Virus record (IMG/VR): IMGVR_UViG_2541047850_000005
Location: 3,554 to 67,553 of that record
Direction: 5' to 3' (one strand)
Source of the DNA: a virus
Taxonomy: Duplodnaviria; Heunggongvirae; Uroviricota; Caudoviricetes
DNA length: 64,000 nucleotides
Under the pieces are notes generated by a model, which was not told the origin of the DNA, did not search any database, and saw only the letters and a list, made by a program, of their open reading frames with translations. Each line of letters starts with the position of its first letter. Within the stretch, counting starts at the first letter, position 1. A program made the position numbers and the translations under genes. Shown here one piece after another: positions 53,724 through 62,517 of this stretch.

Positions 53724-55832
53724 TCACTTCAAAATGATACGAGATAGTTCAGTAACTACAGATGAACCAAGACTATCAACGCTCGTTACCAGGGCATGGT
53801 TTGCGTAAAATCTCTCCGGTGCGTCAGTCATGATGCCAATTGCCATCAAATCAATGTCAGTCTGCGTTTCAATTTGCTTCGCAACCGAACGCAAATGAGC
53901 GTCAAAACCTCTCCCAACAGCCAACGGCTCGCCATCATTCAGAACAAGCATGATCTTCCTGTCCTCCATGCGACCGGAAAATAACGATGCAAGGCTGGCT
54001 ATGCTTTCACCATCCACGTTATTAAGAAGTGGGAATGTGTAGCCTACGCACCCCATACGTGAGCGAACTTCGCGAGAATTTACCTTTTCATTCCAATTTT
54101 TGATGATAGGTAGCATTAAAGATTCAAAGCGAGAGAACTCATACTTGACAGCCTTAAGTTCTCCTGCCGCCATATGACTACCAAATGTAGTGAAGCCGGT
54201 GATAATGTTGGGAACATTTATTCGATCAAGGGCATCGGCGATGGTATATGCACTTGCAAGAGCCAATTGTATCGTTATACCACTCATTGAACCTGATAAA
54301 TCAATCACTTGTTGAACACAGGCGTTAACGGCTTTAGATTCTTCTTTTTTACGAAACACGCGATCATCATTCATTGCTAATCTGTAGATACTAGAACCAT
54401 GAATGCGCCCCCGACGCTGGCCCGGTATAAACTGAACTCTGTTTCTGCTTGCTATTGCTCGCTCCAGGTCTTTTGCCAGCGTCGACGAAACACCTGACGA
54501 AAGATGCTTTTCAATATATTTGTCGAAGAGCTGGTTGCCTTCAGGAACGATGCGATAGCGGCTGATTGGATATCCTCCTAAATCAATATCGGAGAATGTT
54601 TTAATAAGCCGTTTGATATGGGCTTCTGCCTGATCAATCGAGCCGATGAAGTCGTATGAGCGATTGTATGGCCTGTATTCACTTTTCGAGCTTTCTGTTA
54701 ACTCGCTTTTAATCGTTTCGGATAGAGCATCTTCTGTCATGCCTCCGACTTCATCTTCTATGCTATCCAGCTCCTCTAAAGCCTCTTCCAGACTCATTTT
54801 TGACGTAGTTGGAATATCTGAAGAGCCGTCTTCTGTCGTTTTTCTTTTTTCGTGGTCAGCGGTTAATGATTCTGACGCCGCGTTATCAGAAGCATCAGAA
54901 TCTGATACCTCTTTATCATTTTCTGTATCATCGAATATTGTTTCTGATGATTCAGAATTATCTGAATCATCACTGTCGTTATTATCATGTTTGTGCTTAC
55001 TATGTGATTCTGATTTGATAGATTTGTGATTATCTAACAATGAGGGTGTCTCATGATCTTCGTTGTCTTCATTGTTTTCTCCAGAGGCATCCGTCTGGTC
55101 AGCGTCTGAAGGATCGGAAGTTTTTCCCGGAGCTGACTCCTTACCTTTGCTTTCACTTTCAGTGTCTTTGAGGATCTTAGCTATGGTCGCAGCCACCTTT
55201 ACACAATCCTCGGTGCAAGACATGTTACGCACGGCCACATCGATACCATGTTCTTTTAATAATGAAATTGGTTTCTCAATGACAGGCCAATATTCATCCA
55301 TGAAATCTACGAACGGTGCTTGGCCATCCCAGGCTCTTACAACCGGACAGAGAAAGAAGTTTAGAAAAAGCGCGCGCTGATCTTTGCCACAATAAGCAAT
55401 AGCCTCTGAAGCCTTTGGTTTAAAGACTTTTTCGATTATAAGGCGCTGAGTTGCCATCAGATTACGTCTTGTTCCGTTAAAGACCTGACCCATTTTTCGC
55501 TCGATGAACACGTCTTCTAAGGCATTCCATAGCGACCAGGAAGGAACGCGTCCTTTTTCTTTCATTTTGTTGGACACACGAATATCGGTAAACAAAATGT
55601 GAGCAACCTCATGATCGAGAAATCCGCGCACAGCATTCATCAATGCCGGTGTTGCGTTATCCGGGATTGATGGGATGTTTACGAGAATTGGCTCTCCATC
55701 ATCATTATAGCGTACATAAGCGTCGTCCCCTCGTTCTGCAACAGGGATGTTTTTACCTGAAAGGAGAGCGACTACTCGTTTTACACTGTCACGGAAGTCC
55801 TGAACCTCTTTGATGGAACGTTTTTTAGACAT
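53724..55832 (-). CDS. CobT-like vWA-domain protein with an N-terminal HExxH motif and an acidic linker
   Basis: C-terminal VIDLSGSMSG MIDAS. HEVAH at aa 74-78. D/S/E-rich segment at about aa 225-345. Confidence 0.8.
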   Translation of the reverse strand: MSKKRSIKEVQDFRDSVKRVVALLSGKNIPVAERGDDAYVRYNDDGEPILVNIPSIPDNATPALMNAVRGFLDHEVAHILFTDIRVSNKMKEKGRVPSWSLWNALEDVFIERKMGQVFNGTRRNLMATQRLIIEKVFKPKASEAIAYCGKDQRALFLNFFLCPVVRAWDGQAPFVDFMDEYWPVIEKPISLLKEHGIDVAVRNMSCTEDCVKVAATIAKILKDTESESKGKESAPGKTSDPSDADQTDASGENNEDNEDHETPSLLDNHKSIKSESHSKHKHDNNDSDDSDNSESSETIFDDTENDKEVSDSDASDNAASESLTADHEKRKTTEDGSSDIPTTSKMSLEEALEELDSIEDEVGGMTEDALSETIKSELTESSKSEYRPYNRSYDFIGSIDQAEAHIKRLIKTFSDIDLGGYPISRYRIVPEGNQLFDKYIEKHLSSGVSSTLAKDLERAIASRNRVQFIPGQRRGRIHGSSIYRLAMNDDRVFRKKEESKAVNACVQQVIDLSGSMSGITIQLALASAYTIADALDRINVPNIITGFTTFGSHMAAGELKAVKYEFSRFESLMLPIIKNWNEKVNSREVRSRMGCVGYTFPLLNNVDGESIASLASLFSGRMEDRKIMLVLNDGEPLAVGRGFDAHLRSVAKQIETQTDIDLMAIGIMTDAPERFYANHALVTSVDSLGSSVVTELSRIILK

Positions 55833-55930
55833 GGCTAATCCTTTGTTATGAAAACAAATTATTTACTAGTATGTTTAATGTAGCACTGCGCGAACAGGGA
55901 ACTAAGCCATTCGCGCAGGTAGCAGAGGGG

Positions 55931-56143
55931 TTAACAGGTTCTGACGGCTAAAGAGCCAGAGCCGGTATTGATAAGCGTGAAGCGTTTGTTATTAAGTAGG
56001 AATATAAAGGCTGTTGCGTCATGCATACCAACCTGAATCTGCTCATTTGGTAATTCGGTGAGAATGTCAGCTACACATTCATCAGCTAATTTTTCAACGT
56101 GTCCGATCTCAAGAGTGATTAGGCTGGAAATAGTTGTTTTCAT
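55931..56143 (-). CDS. hypothetical protein (70 aa), first leftward gene of the divergent control region
   Basis: ORF divergent from the XRE gene. Confidence 0.5.
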   Translation of the reverse strand: MKTTISSLITLEIGHVEKLADECVADILTELPNEQIQVGMHDATAFIFLLNNKRFTLINTGSGSLAVRTC

Positions 56144-56318
56144 TCAATCAATCCATTCTAACTTAAAATATGGTAGGGAGTACTATTAAATCTTATATCA
56201 TAATTGAACTTATCTATATCATATCTGAGTTAGTTTTGTTACATGTTATTAGTCGTTTTTCTCCATTAATGAATGCTGATTGGTTAATATTTGTGCCTGT
56301 AGAAAAAATGATTATATC

Positions 56319-56361
56319 TTTACAACCCTAACCTTTGATGTAATATCGGTAAGCACTTACC
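56319..56361 (+). promoter_or_regulatory. candidate promoter of the XRE gene with a motif-2 half-site palindrome at +1
   Basis: TTTACA-16-TAATAT, then GGTAAGCACTTACC at 56348-56361. Confidence 0.5.
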
Positions 56362-56390
56362 AGAGAGTTTAACGCGCAAAGGTCGCAATA

Positions 56391-56777
56391 ATGTCTGACA
56401 AAAACATTGAATTTATAGAAAGTCGCTATGCTGCTTTTATCGCAGGGCTGATTGAATCCTCACCTATGAGTCAGGCCCAAATAGCCAGACTTATTGGTTA
56501 TAAAAATGCCAACAACCTTTCTTTAATTAAAAGTGGTAAAATTCCTTTGCCTATCGATAAGGTTCGTCCGCTGGCGTTGGCGCTGGGTATTGAGCCAAGT
56601 CGTCTTATGATGATGGTGCTGGAAGAACGCCAACCTGAACTCGCAGCATTTTTATACAAAGAAGGCACCGCTCCTCTTAACGAGGACGAAAAACAGGTTC
56701 TTGCTGCATATAACGAGCGATTCGGTAAAGAGAAAGGCGCATCACAAAAGGTTGTTGAGGCCATAAAGTCTCTATGA
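56391..56777 (+). CDS. XRE-family helix-turn-helix regulator (repressor candidate)
   Basis: SQAQIARLIGYKNANNLSLIKSGK HTH. The only obvious HTH protein in the block. Confidence 0.8.
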   Translation: MSDKNIEFIESRYAAFIAGLIESSPMSQAQIARLIGYKNANNLSLIKSGKIPLPIDKVRPLALALGIEPSRLMMMVLEERQPELAAFLYKEGTAPLNEDEKQVLAAYNERFGKEKGASQKVVEAIKSL

Positions 56778-57875
56778 AAAATTTAGACGAATAAGCTCTG
56801 TTGATAGACGATCTCCCTTGAATTTGTGGTCAATTTCGTCTAAATCCGGTTGCTCTACGATTGATGCGATGTACGTTGAGAAACTTTCTAAGGCGTCTCG
56901 CATCTCGTCCATATAATCGTGCCGGTCGTAGACCCGATCTATCCCCTCAAGACTGTGGTTCATGATTTTGCGTGATACCTCCTGGCTTATGCCTAATGCT
57001 GGGAAGTAACTACGCGCAGTACGACGCAAATCTCGGGGTGTAAATGGCGCAAGCTCCATCAGTTCTGGTCGTTCCAGAATACGACGTAATGCCTGGGCTA
57101 TTGCCACTTTAGACATAGGAAGGTCTTTCCCGATTTTTTTATTCGAAGGCACGAGCCACTGGCTGTCTTTACCGTATTCGAACAACTCTTCAATGCATGT
57201 GCGCATTAATGTGCTTAAAGGCAGCGAATGCTCACGTGCTGACTTGTTTCTCTTGCCTTGATTCCAAACTCCACGCTTAAGATTGAACTCACTTTTTTTA
57301 GCCCTCAGTACTTCGTCAGGTCGTCTTGCTGATACAAGACACAGCCTGGCCGCCCATTTTGTACCAGCGCACACATTGAAGTAGTCCCATATATTCCAGA
57401 ACACCCATACCTCTGCGTCGGTCAGCTTCCGCTCGCGAGGTGTGGGCTTTGCGCCACCGGCAACTTTGTTTAGTGACATATCGTTTAACGGTGACACGTC
57501 TATCATCCCCTGGAAGGCGCACCAGCTAAGGAACTGCTTCATCAGAGAGAAAACGCGGCGGCCCATAACAATTTTGCCATCCAGTATTAGTGGGTTGACC
57601 AGTTGGTTCACCATGAACCTATTAATGTCACTTACTTTTACATCGGCAATGTGCGGCAAAACATGTATCAAAATACAATGAACAGCGATCTCTGGCCGAC
57701 GTCTGGTTATCAGCAGAGATAAGCGAGTGAATAACATGAATGCGTCCGAGAATTTCATATCATTGCTAACCTGCGAGATCATAACGGCCTGCATTTGAGA
57801 TGCTCTTTCGAGATACTCAATCGCCTCTTTTGAGGTGTTCTCAGCAGCGCGTGCTCTGTCAAAGCTATTTTTCAT
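56772..57875 (-). CDS. int: tyrosine recombinase/integrase
   Basis: ..RDLRRTARS.. and ..MNHSLEGIDRVYDRHDY (R, H-x-x-R-like, Y). Confidence 0.88.
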   Translation of the reverse strand: MKNSFDRARAAENTSKEAIEYLERASQMQAVMISQVSNDMKFSDAFMLFTRLSLLITRRRPEIAVHCILIHVLPHIADVKVSDINRFMVNQLVNPLILDGKIVMGRRVFSLMKQFLSWCAFQGMIDVSPLNDMSLNKVAGGAKPTPRERKLTDAEVWVFWNIWDYFNVCAGTKWAARLCLVSARRPDEVLRAKKSEFNLKRGVWNQGKRNKSAREHSLPLSTLMRTCIEELFEYGKDSQWLVPSNKKIGKDLPMSKVAIAQALRRILERPELMELAPFTPRDLRRTARSYFPALGISQEVSRKIMNHSLEGIDRVYDRHDYMDEMRDALESFSTYIASIVEQPDLDEIDHKFKGDRLSTELIRLNFS

Positions 57876-57901
57876 ATGACAATCACCGAGTTACGCCGAT
57901 T

Positions 57902-57921
57902 TACTGTATAAGTAAACAGTA
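57902..57921. promoter_or_regulatory. LexA (SOS) box overlapping the -10 of the recombinase gene
   Basis: TACTGTATAAGTAAACAGTA equals CTGT-N8-ACAG. TAATAT lies adjacent on the coding strand. Confidence 0.75.
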
Positions 57922-57969
57922 TATTAGGCATAGATTCTTATAGGATCAAGAGTAAAAGTAACTCATTTT

Positions 57970-58010
57970 CAGTAATGATTCCATACATAGTAGGTATGGA
58001 ATCATTACTG
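57970..58010. repeat. perfect 17-7-17 inverted repeat (candidate recombinase core site)
   Basis: CAGTAATGATTCCATAC atagtag GTATGGAATCATTACTG, 95 bp upstream of the int start. Confidence 0.8.
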
Positions 58011-58340
58011 CATTTTCAGCCAATTCTGTAGCGCCTACGACTACGCTAACGAAGCGTTCGGGGTAACAGTTCCTCCCATCGTTAACTTGGTGAATATGTA
58101 CTATTATCTACTAACTTAATAGGGCAATGTGATAAGGGGCATCAATTTGTATAGTCTGCATTCACTGCCCTTATAGCCAGGCGTGATAGTGGAAAAACGG
58201 TCAGGATCAAATCATCTTGGATGACAAAAAAACTATTGCAAAAAATAATAACTAGTATTTTCCACTTTCTGAGTATGTGTGGGTTTTTAATAAATACTGT
58301 CTATATATTATACCAAAAAATATAAATATTTAGATAATAA

Positions 58341-58365
58341 ATAAAAAGCCACAATGCGGTGTGGC
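58341..58365 (-). terminator. terminator of the fimbrial operon
   Basis: GCCACACCGCATTGTGGC followed by TTTTT on the minus strand. Confidence 0.75.
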
Positions 58366-58407
58366 AAGATCTGAAGGGGTATATCAGAGGGCTGGTTTAA
58401 TTGTGGG

Positions 58408-59190
58408 TTATTTTGAGATATATAAAGTTTTGTGTGGCTGTTTATTTTTCAGGTAAAATTGTTTAGGTGTCATATTGAAGTACCTCTTAAACACTGAGAT
58501 AAAGTATGCTTCACTTGTATATCCTAAACACTTGGCGACAAAACCAACTTTCCCAGTGTTGTGTTCTAATAGTTGTAACGCGTTTTTCATTTTAGTATCT
58601 AAAGTTAACTGTGTAAAAGTATAATTTTCCTCTTTTAGTCTTCTCCTCAATGAGGATTCTGAAGTATAAAGAGCGGAAGCCATTTCGCCTATACGCCATT
58701 GTTGAGTTAAGTTTTTTTCTAAGATGGATGATACTTTTTCTGAAATCAAAATTACTGGCATTGACTGCTTAAAGAAGTTTGTAAGTTCATAGGTGTCTAT
58801 GCGGCTGAATAAAAATAACAGTATGCTAACGCGTCTAAAACCTGATTTTTCATTTTTAAGTTGTCTAAAGGCTAACTCTTCTTCCGTGTTCAGACTTGGT
58901 CCGATAATTAATGGTGGTTTGTTGTTGGTCGGGTGTATATTAACGCAGGAGAGAAATTTCACAATAATTCCAATATCCTCATCTTGAATAGTATAAATTT
59001 CGTCAGCAGAAACACGTCCGCTCAAACCAACAATTTTACTCTTTTTGCTAATAATGAAAAATGTATTTTTTAAAAGTTCTATCTCTTGATGCTCATTCAA
59101 ATAAATTTTTATTGATTGATGTTTGACATAAACTAAGGTGTATTTATTAAATATCATGTTTTTAAATGGCAACATGGTATTTTCCATCAC
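58408..59190 (-). CDS. Rns/CfaD/AggR-like AraC-family regulator
   Basis: 260 aa, AT-rich. C-terminal double HTH (..SESSLRRRLKEEN.., ..GYTSEAYFISVFKRYFNMTPKQF). N-terminus resembles Rns. Confidence 0.85.
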   Translation of the reverse strand: MMENTMLPFKNMIFNKYTLVYVKHQSIKIYLNEHQEIELLKNTFFIISKKSKIVGLSGRVSADEIYTIQDEDIGIIVKFLSCVNIHPTNNKPPLIIGPSLNTEEELAFRQLKNEKSGFRRVSILLFLFSRIDTYELTNFFKQSMPVILISEKVSSILEKNLTQQWRIGEMASALYTSESSLRRRLKEENYTFTQLTLDTKMKNALQLLEHNTGKVGFVAKCLGYTSEAYFISVFKRYFNMTPKQFYLKNKQPHKTLYISK

Positions 59191-59246
59191 GCAAATTTTT
59201 ATATTACCACACCATGATTATGATGTGGTACATACTATATGAATAT

Positions 59247-61727
59247 CTATTCGCAAACTAGGGAGAGTCGACTTATCTTGCTTTGGTTTGCTTTTAATTC
59301 AAATCGTGCGGAGCATTGGCTTTCTTTATTGTCTCCCCATTGGACATGCATTTCACCTCTGTCAGGCATACCACTCATCCATACCTGCCCATCGTTCGAA
59401 ACAATGCTTGTTACACTGATATCTCCGGCTTCTCCTTTTAACGAGGCAATAGCGCCAAAAGGAACGAAATTACCATTTTTTCTAATCAAAGTAATAAGTG
59501 CCTTATGTCCAGATACTACATTAAATTTGGCGTGAACTAACGCCCCACGGGAAGGTACTACCGTTAAATCAGATTTAATTATTTCAGTTTCTTCATTAAC
59601 CTTGTTTACGTCTAGAGATATTCCATTTTTTCTATAGGGTGAAAGGTAAGGAACCACAGCATATCCATTGAAATCTGTGCTAATACCAATACCTCTTTTT
59701 ACTTTGATGTCTTCTACGCCATTAGTGTCGATCAATGCATTAGCTCCGTCAAGAGATAACGGCTGAGACAATACAATCCCTTTTTTGTGTACAACTACTC
59801 CACCGCTAATGCCAAATTGTAATTGTTTTGAGTTATGTTGATGTGACACTGTTGATTGTATCTCTCCCTTGGAGGATTTATATCTCAGCGTTGCATTACC
59901 TGAACTGGAGTCACGACTACCGCTATGATAACCTTCCATGAAACTATAATATAATTGCTGGTCTATAAAATAACCACTCACACCTGCTTGTGTATTTGTG
60001 CTATTTCCTGAATTGTATACATTTGTTGTCAATGATGCATTACTATAGTTCGAAAAAGAACTAAAAGGTACTGAAACTGAAAGATAAACAGATTTATCTA
60101 TATCTTCATATTGTGGTTGTTTATTATAGTTTAATGACAAGGATGTAAATACCTTTTTTACAGGAAACGAATACGATAGCCGAAATTGGCGACTATCTTT
60201 AGCATTTCTATAAGTAGTCCAGTCTGAGGATAAGGTCAATTGGTTAGTATTGCCAATACTTTGTTGCAACTGAGTGGTAATTCTATTTATTTTATTAAAT
60301 TTGGAATTATTACCAATCTTCATCTGTTGATAATCATTAAAAGAATAGAAGTTCTGTGAATTATAAAGTTGCTCTGTCAAATTCAAATAAGTACCTGTAG
60401 ACTCAAATCCTTTCGCAAACATTAGTCGAGTTACAGAACCATTTTCACTTTTTCCATTATCTTTAGACACCGTATCAGAATCGGAGTAGCTCAGATCTAA
60501 TGAAAAAGCACCAATTGAAGATATGTACTTGCCAACTCCAAATGAAGCCGAACTATAGTTTTCGGCAACAATTATTCCACCAAAGATTGTAGTGTCCCAT
60601 CCTATACCCCATGCCGTTGAATATTGTAAGAATAAGGGCTTGTCTTTGAATGAGCTATTGATATCTCTATACTTACCAATTGCTGCGTGATAACGCATGC
60701 GACCTTTACGTTGGAGAATCGGTAATGTTGATGATGACTGTGTAAAGTGTCTAATCTCGCCATTACTTTCTCGTATTTCGATATCCATATCCCCTCCATA
60801 CAAAGGGAAGACATCTTGCAGCTCGAATGGACCTGCAGGAACGTCACCTTGCCAGATTATCATATTATTTTGCTTTACGATTATTTGGGATGGAGTGAAT
60901 GCGATTCCTCTAATTGTAGGGCTGTAAGTGCTCATCCAAGGGACGAGCATGCCATCATCGGACCCTATTGATATCCCTTCAAACGGAAAGCTTTCAAACA
61001 CTCCATCATCAGTTGATGATTGTCCAAATGTCAATTGTCCACCTTGTCCGAAGCTATAGTCATGACGCAAGTAGGTATTCAAATTTGTCCAGCCATATTT
61101 ACTTGAATTCCAGTACCCATTATGTCTCACTCTCCACCCCCCGATATTCAGTCCACTGTTAATTGCCAGTGATTGATTGTTCTTGGATGTTGAGTTTAGC
61201 CTTTGTCGTACATCAGAATAACGGTAATTTACAAGCAGTGAGGTTTCACCATCATCCCATGCTTGAGGTGGTATTTCTGACCACACAGGACGATAGATCC
61301 AACTTTGTGGAATGTTTACACTTAGAATCTGCTTGCTCTTATTGAATTTTACTTCAAACCCTTTGATCTGTTTTGAAAGTTCATTAGAAAGAATACTGCC
61401 ATTAGTTATATTTAAATTCGTTACATCAACCCCCCACTTTTTTAGACTCGTCTCTGTAAGTAGAGGAACAACCTTTCCTTTTCCTGATGATACGAATCGG
61501 ATCGTTTCCGTACCGAATGATTCATTGTTGACTTTAACATCAACAAGATATTCTCCAGGAAGAACTCCGTCCGCATGAGAGAAATAACTTAAATCAGGAG
61601 CATTAACCTTTTTATCATTACCAATATTAATAAATGCAGGATCAAATGTGTAGTTGGTTGCTAACTCTTCTGCATTGCTATAATGTATGACAAAAAAGAC
61701 AAATAAGGCTATTTGTTTTGTTTTCAT
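59247..61727 (-). CDS. fimbrial outer-membrane usher
   Basis: 826 aa, signal peptide, FimD/PapC-like length and beta-rich sequence, positioned between chaperone and regulator. Confidence 0.92.
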   Translation of the reverse strand: MKTKQIALFVFFVIHYSNAEELATNYTFDPAFINIGNDKKVNAPDLSYFSHADGVLPGEYLVDVKVNNESFGTETIRFVSSGKGKVVPLLTETSLKKWGVDVTNLNITNGSILSNELSKQIKGFEVKFNKSKQILSVNIPQSWIYRPVWSEIPPQAWDDGETSLLVNYRYSDVRQRLNSTSKNNQSLAINSGLNIGGWRVRHNGYWNSSKYGWTNLNTYLRHDYSFGQGGQLTFGQSSTDDGVFESFPFEGISIGSDDGMLVPWMSTYSPTIRGIAFTPSQIIVKQNNMIIWQGDVPAGPFELQDVFPLYGGDMDIEIRESNGEIRHFTQSSSTLPILQRKGRMRYHAAIGKYRDINSSFKDKPLFLQYSTAWGIGWDTTIFGGIIVAENYSSASFGVGKYISSIGAFSLDLSYSDSDTVSKDNGKSENGSVTRLMFAKGFESTGTYLNLTEQLYNSQNFYSFNDYQQMKIGNNSKFNKINRITTQLQQSIGNTNQLTLSSDWTTYRNAKDSRQFRLSYSFPVKKVFTSLSLNYNKQPQYEDIDKSVYLSVSVPFSSFSNYSNASLTTNVYNSGNSTNTQAGVSGYFIDQQLYYSFMEGYHSGSRDSSSGNATLRYKSSKGEIQSTVSHQHNSKQLQFGISGGVVVHKKGIVLSQPLSLDGANALIDTNGVEDIKVKRGIGISTDFNGYAVVPYLSPYRKNGISLDVNKVNEETEIIKSDLTVVPSRGALVHAKFNVVSGHKALITLIRKNGNFVPFGAIASLKGEAGDISVTSIVSNDGQVWMSGMPDRGEMHVQWGDNKESQCSARFELKANQSKISRLSLVCE

Positions 61728-61762
61728 CGCGTTTTTCTATAAATTTGAGTTATTTCTTATCA

Positions 61763-62440
61763 TTAAAATGAAATGTTTCTGCTGGCGCTATTACCACCAA
61801 AATCATTAATGATTGAAAAAGACATAGAGTTAATATTATTCTCTCTCAATATTATATCAGAAAATGGCTTAATCATTTCTGGCTGCCTATTGGTATTTAA
61901 ATTATTAAACTTAAAATTTGCTATTGTGACAAAGTATGGAGTGGGGTTTTCTATTCTTATACCGCTTTTATTTTTCGACAAAATTAGTTTATCTTGCAAA
62001 TGCTCAATAGTTAAAGGGTCATTTATTTCTCTAGGCCTGTATATTAGCTTGATCTTAGTGTTTAAGGCCATTTGTACTTCAGTTTTTTCTTTTTTTGGTG
62101 GAATAGCAAGTACATTTATCGCAAATAAACTCTCTCTATCTTTTGGCAATCTTTCAATGCTGTCTAATTTATTTATTCTAAACTGGATATCGCTATTAGG
62201 TTCGATTCTATTCAGTGGGGGGGTTATGAAAAATGGAACATCTTTATTATCGTTTGAATAATAGTTATTCGCGGTAGCACGAATAAGCAAGACCATCTGT
62301 GACGATGTGTTTTTCATAGTGAATGACTGACTGTTGTTTTGAGAGTCAAAAACAACTCTAGAAACATCTAAAGTAATTCCCCCAGAGCTAGCTATAGCTC
62401 CAAATGAAATAAAAATAAAAAGTATTAATGTTTTATACAT
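61763..62440 (-). CDS. PapD-like periplasmic fimbrial chaperone
   Basis: 225 aa from MYKTLILFIF. ..RVVF.. and ..LIRA..PPL.R.EP.. are chaperone hallmarks. Confidence 0.9.
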   Translation of the reverse strand: MYKTLILFIFISFGAIASSGGITLDVSRVVFDSQNNSQSFTMKNTSSQMVLLIRATANNYYSNDNKDVPFFITPPLNRIEPNSDIQFRINKLDSIERLPKDRESLFAINVLAIPPKKEKTEVQMALNTKIKLIYRPREINDPLTIEHLQDKLILSKNKSGIRIENPTPYFVTIANFKFNNLNTNRQPEMIKPFSDIILRENNINSMSFSIINDFGGNSASRNISF

Positions 62441-62517
62441 TTTTCCACCCACAATTGGTGTAGAAAGTTGATAAAAGGCATATTATAAAAATATGCCTTT
62501 ATATTAATTAATCGATA

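Larger units (their letters stand above)
9641..58010 (-). mobile_element. Phage-plasmid-like element arm (P1-type replicon plus phage replication, recombination and dNTP-synthesis genes plus tyrosine recombinase)
   Basis: Contiguous minus-strand operons, an iteron replicon, element-specific dispersed motifs and a recombinase at the right end. Gene set resembles what I recall of pHCM2/SSU5. Boundaries are inferred only. Confidence 0.5.
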
